Assembly: GCA_035627955.1 (NCBI GenBank)
Contig: DASPKU010000002.1
Location: forward strand, 22,277-86,276
Length of the DNA stretch: 64,000 bases
From: Phycisphaerales bacterium
Lineage (GTDB): Bacteria > Planctomycetota > Phycisphaerae > Phycisphaerales > UBA1924
Reading direction: 5' to 3'
Part shown: positions 61,786-64,000 of the stretch, in pieces
Layout of the letters: each line of letters opens with the position of its first letter
How positions within the stretch are numbered: the stretch's first letter is position 1
Program-made: the position numbers and the translations under genes
The notes under the pieces: generated by a model
Database searches by the model: none
What the model saw: the letters and a program-made list of their open reading frames with translations, nothing else
What the model was told of the DNA's origin: nothing

Positions 61786-62259
61786 GTGATCGCCTGCCCC
61801 GAGTGCGGCCAGTCCTCGCTCATCGAGACCACCCCGCCGCGCACTTACCTCGACGCCCATTGCCGCGCCTGCGGCTACGCCCTCCAGGGCCTGGACAAGC
61901 CGGACGGTTCCGCGCAGTGCCCCGAGTGCGGCAAGGTCCGCGAGACCAACGAGCCCGACGGCCCCGGCGTGATGCCCGACTTCGGCATGGCCCTGGTCGT
62001 CATCATCGTCCCGATGATCACCTTCTGGGGCGTGTGGCACTTCACGAGCAAAGGACTCCCGAACGCTCGGCCTTACCTCGTCCCTTTCCTCTGCGCGGCC
62101 ATCCTGTGGGGCCTCTTCGCACCGCTCCTCGTTGCCAAGTACCGCGCCCGTATCTACGCCGCCCGCCCGCGGATCGTCTTCGATGAGGTGGCCGTGGGCT
62201 ATGTCAGCACGCTGCTGGCCGCGTTCCTGTTCGGAGTGTTTCTTCTGATGCTCCGCTAA
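61786..62259 (+). CDS. membrane protein with two tandem CxxCxYxLxGL...CPECG zinc ribbons (paralog family); the first ribbon begins upstream of any canonical start codon
   Basis: The track ORF starts at GTG 61786 (..IACPECG). The in-frame upstream codons 61729-61785 read LIRCRTCHYDLSGLPPHAG and complete ribbon 1. Ribbon 2 is CRACGYALQGLDKPDGSAQCPECG. Three or four TM helices follow. Confidence 0.6.
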   Translation: MIACPECGQSSLIETTPPRTYLDAHCRACGYALQGLDKPDGSAQCPECGKVRETNEPDGPGVMPDFGMALVVIIVPMITFWGVWHFTSKGLPNARPYLVPFLCAAILWGLFAPLLVAKYRARIYAARPRIVFDEVAVGYVSTLLAAFLFGVFLLMLR

Positions 62260-62289
62260 GCGCCAGCGCTGGTAGCCTCACCCCATCCG

Positions 62290-62739
62290 ATGCCCCGGTG
62301 CCCCAACTGTCGCTACGAACTCTCAGGCCTGCCCGCCGCAGGGCGGGTGGTGACATGCCCCGAGTGCGGCGAGTTCTGCTCGAGCAGGGGGCGTGTGCCG
62401 AACGGCAGGCGCTGGCTGCGGCACCTCACCATCATCACAGCGCCATCGCTCGTCGCCGCTGTGTTCATCGCGATCTTGTCGTTTCTCGTGGAGCAGGAGA
62501 TCGGGGAGTTCGGCCACCCGACCAATCGAAGTGAGGCGTGGGACCTGCCCGTCATCATCTCGGTGTGTTTCGCGTGGGTCTGGTTCATCGCCGTCACGCC
62601 GGTGCTCGTCACCCACGTGCTGCGTCAGAAGAAGTACGAGGGAACTCCCTCGGTCATCGCGGCCGCGGCATCGCCGCCGCTCTGCATCGCAGTCATGTAC
62701 CTGGGCGCCATCATCGGCGAATCGCTCGCACGGCTCTGA
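62290..62739 (+). CDS. membrane protein with an N-terminal CxxCxYxLxGL...CPECG zinc ribbon (paralog family)
   Basis: MPRCPNCRYELSGLPAAGRVVTCPECG followed by TM helices. Confidence 0.6.
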   Translation: MPRCPNCRYELSGLPAAGRVVTCPECGEFCSSRGRVPNGRRWLRHLTIITAPSLVAAVFIAILSFLVEQEIGEFGHPTNRSEAWDLPVIISVCFAWVWFIAVTPVLVTHVLRQKKYEGTPSVIAAAASPPLCIAVMYLGAIIGESLARL

Positions 62740-62740
62740 C

Positions 62741-63736
62741 TCAGCTCACCAGCGACCCCCACGCCTCCACCAGCCTCTTCGAAACCTCCCCTACCACCCC
62801 GTCGCCGATCTGCTCGCGCTCGACCCGCACAACCGGCAGCACGCCCCAGCTGCTGTTGGTCAGGAACACCTCGTCCGCGCCCAGCACATCATCAATGGAC
62901 AGCATCCGCCGCTCGACGTCCATGCCCTCCGTGCCGCACCAGTCCATCACCCACCGCCGCACGATCCCGGGGAGCACCGGGCTGGGCATCGCCGCTCCGC
63001 TGGGTACCCCGCCGCTGCGCGGCGGCTCTTCGCCCTCATCATCCAGCCCACCCCCCGCAACCTCCTCCTCTTCACCGCGGGCAATCGGCGTGTAGATCAG
63101 CCCATCCTTCACCACGAAGGCGTTGCTCACGCACCCACCCGCGAGGTGGTTGGTCACCTGGAAGATCAGCGCCTCGCCAACGCGCTTGGCCGCGGCGTTC
63201 TGCAACTCCCGCAGGCGCGGCCAATAGTTCAGCGTCTTGTGCCCTTGGAACGGGTCCAGCGGGTTCACCCGCAGGTCCGCTACGACTACCGAGCTCCCGC
63301 GCTCGAACATCTCCGCCGGGTACTGCGTCGCCGGCTGCGCCACGATCATCAGTGTCGGCGACACGCCCTCGCCGGCCGGCCCCGAGGACGACACGCCCGG
63401 CCGCCCCAGCATGTTCAGGTCGCCGCCCGTGATCGTCAGCCGCACCCGCAGCCGCTGCTGGTCGGGCATCTCCTCGCCCGCCTTCTCCACCGTCCGCCGC
63501 ACCGCCTCCTCGAGGGCGCCCACGCGCAGCGATTCCGACAATCCAAGCTGTCGGGCTGAGCCCGCGAGCCGTCCCACATGCTCCTCGAGGTGGATAGTCC
63601 GAAAACCACCACCCGCCGTCCTCACCGCCAGCAACGTCTCAAACAGCCCTACGCCGTGCTGAAAGCCCGCGTCGAACGCGGAAATCACCGCCTCGTCACG
63701 CGAAAGAAAGCGACCATTCAAGAAGACCGTGGCCAT
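62741..63736 (-). CDS. class IV (fold type IV) aminotransferase / aminodeoxychorismate lyase-like protein
   Basis: FLNGRFLSRDEAVISAFDAGFQHGVGLFETL..., ...GHKTLNY..., ...LPGIVRRWV.... It contains an acidic Gly/Glu-rich insertion. Confidence 0.8.
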   Translation of the reverse strand: MATVFLNGRFLSRDEAVISAFDAGFQHGVGLFETLLAVRTAGGGFRTIHLEEHVGRLAGSARQLGLSESLRVGALEEAVRRTVEKAGEEMPDQQRLRVRLTITGGDLNMLGRPGVSSSGPAGEGVSPTLMIVAQPATQYPAEMFERGSSVVVADLRVNPLDPFQGHKTLNYWPRLRELQNAAAKRVGEALIFQVTNHLAGGCVSNAFVVKDGLIYTPIARGEEEEVAGGGLDDEGEEPPRSGGVPSGAAMPSPVLPGIVRRWVMDWCGTEGMDVERRMLSIDDVLGADEVFLTNSSWGVLPVVRVEREQIGDGVVGEVSKRLVEAWGSLVS

Positions 63737-63796
63737 GCCCCAACCATAGCGGCCACGCTCTCAGGCCCGCGCGTGGACTCACCGGAGTGCACGCCC

Positions 63797-64000
63797 ATGG
63801 CCGCGCCCCACCTCAGCACCGACGGCCTCTCCTGGACCGCCCTCGCCATCGCCGTCCTGCTCCTGGCGGTGATCGTCCTCGTCGCTGCCGTCGTCTACGT
63901 TATCCGCCACAAGCCGCGCGACGGGCCGACCTGGGCGCCCTCGATCCTCGGCATCGCCCTGGTGGGGTTCGGGCCGGCCGTGCTCGATGCGACCAGTGGC
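63797..64000 (+). CDS. hypothetical membrane protein, N-terminal fragment (runs off the window)
   Basis: ATG at 63797. MAAPHLSTDGLSWTALAIAVLLLAVIVLVAAVVYVI... is open to the end of the window. Confidence 0.3.
   Translation, partial: MAAPHLSTDGLSWTALAIAVLLLAVIVLVAAVVYVIRHKPRDGPTWAPSILGIALVGFGPAVLDATSG

Overview
Very GC-rich bacterial chromosomal segment. It probably comes from a flagellated member of the Planctomycetota, possibly Phycisphaerae-like. That placement is inference only, based on an 'ESLEQRKLLA' N-terminal leader, a GC-type dockerin tail, a prenyltransferase-repeat lipoprotein and a flgM gene. I support about 55 protein genes, one tRNA-Ser(UGA) and one frameshifted ankyrin pseudogene. 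Nearly all of the very long ORFs in the six-frame track (for example 10662..13625-, 45570..48776+ and 54930..59861+) are antisense shadow ORFs of real genes. Housekeeping content: acyl-CoA carboxylase beta (partial), lysS, lpdA, gatC/gatA, dnaX, dnaE, a PPi-type phosphofructokinase, a ROK glucokinase, a DEAD-box helicase, an MsbA-like ABC exporter, a TolC-like lipoprotein and a P1B-type metal ATPase with an Rrf2 regulator. Accessory content: a DUF433/DUF5615 toxin-antitoxin pair, two GT2 glycosyltransferases, an orphan beta-class DNA methyltransferase, and a maf-neuA-neuB-neuC-HDOD operon (probable flagellin nonulosonic-acid glycosylation) located near flgM. Observations most worth follow-up: (1) a histidine kinase whose membrane module resembles the ethylene-binding domain of ETR1, with the Cu-ligand Cys/His conserved; (2) dnaX split at an A AAA AAA heptamer, so that frame 0 gives a gamma-length product and a -1 shift is needed for tau, the reverse of E. 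coli; (3) a RAYT (REP-associated tyrosine transposase) gene flanked by its own REP arrays; (4) at least eight other families of short palindromic repeats that fill convergent or terminator gaps, plus related palindromic or heptanucleotide-periodic modules sitting in frame inside conserved genes (dnaX, maf, neuC, dnaE, M28 peptidase); (5) a paralogous family of membrane proteins carrying CxxCxYxLxGL...CPECG zinc ribbons, one member of which is preceded by two in-frame TGA codons; (6) a Cys-less FmdB-like small protein that seems to start at ATT; (7) tandem ATAGG-core repeats upstream of three genes. No CRISPR array, rRNA, prophage or recognisable defence island was found.
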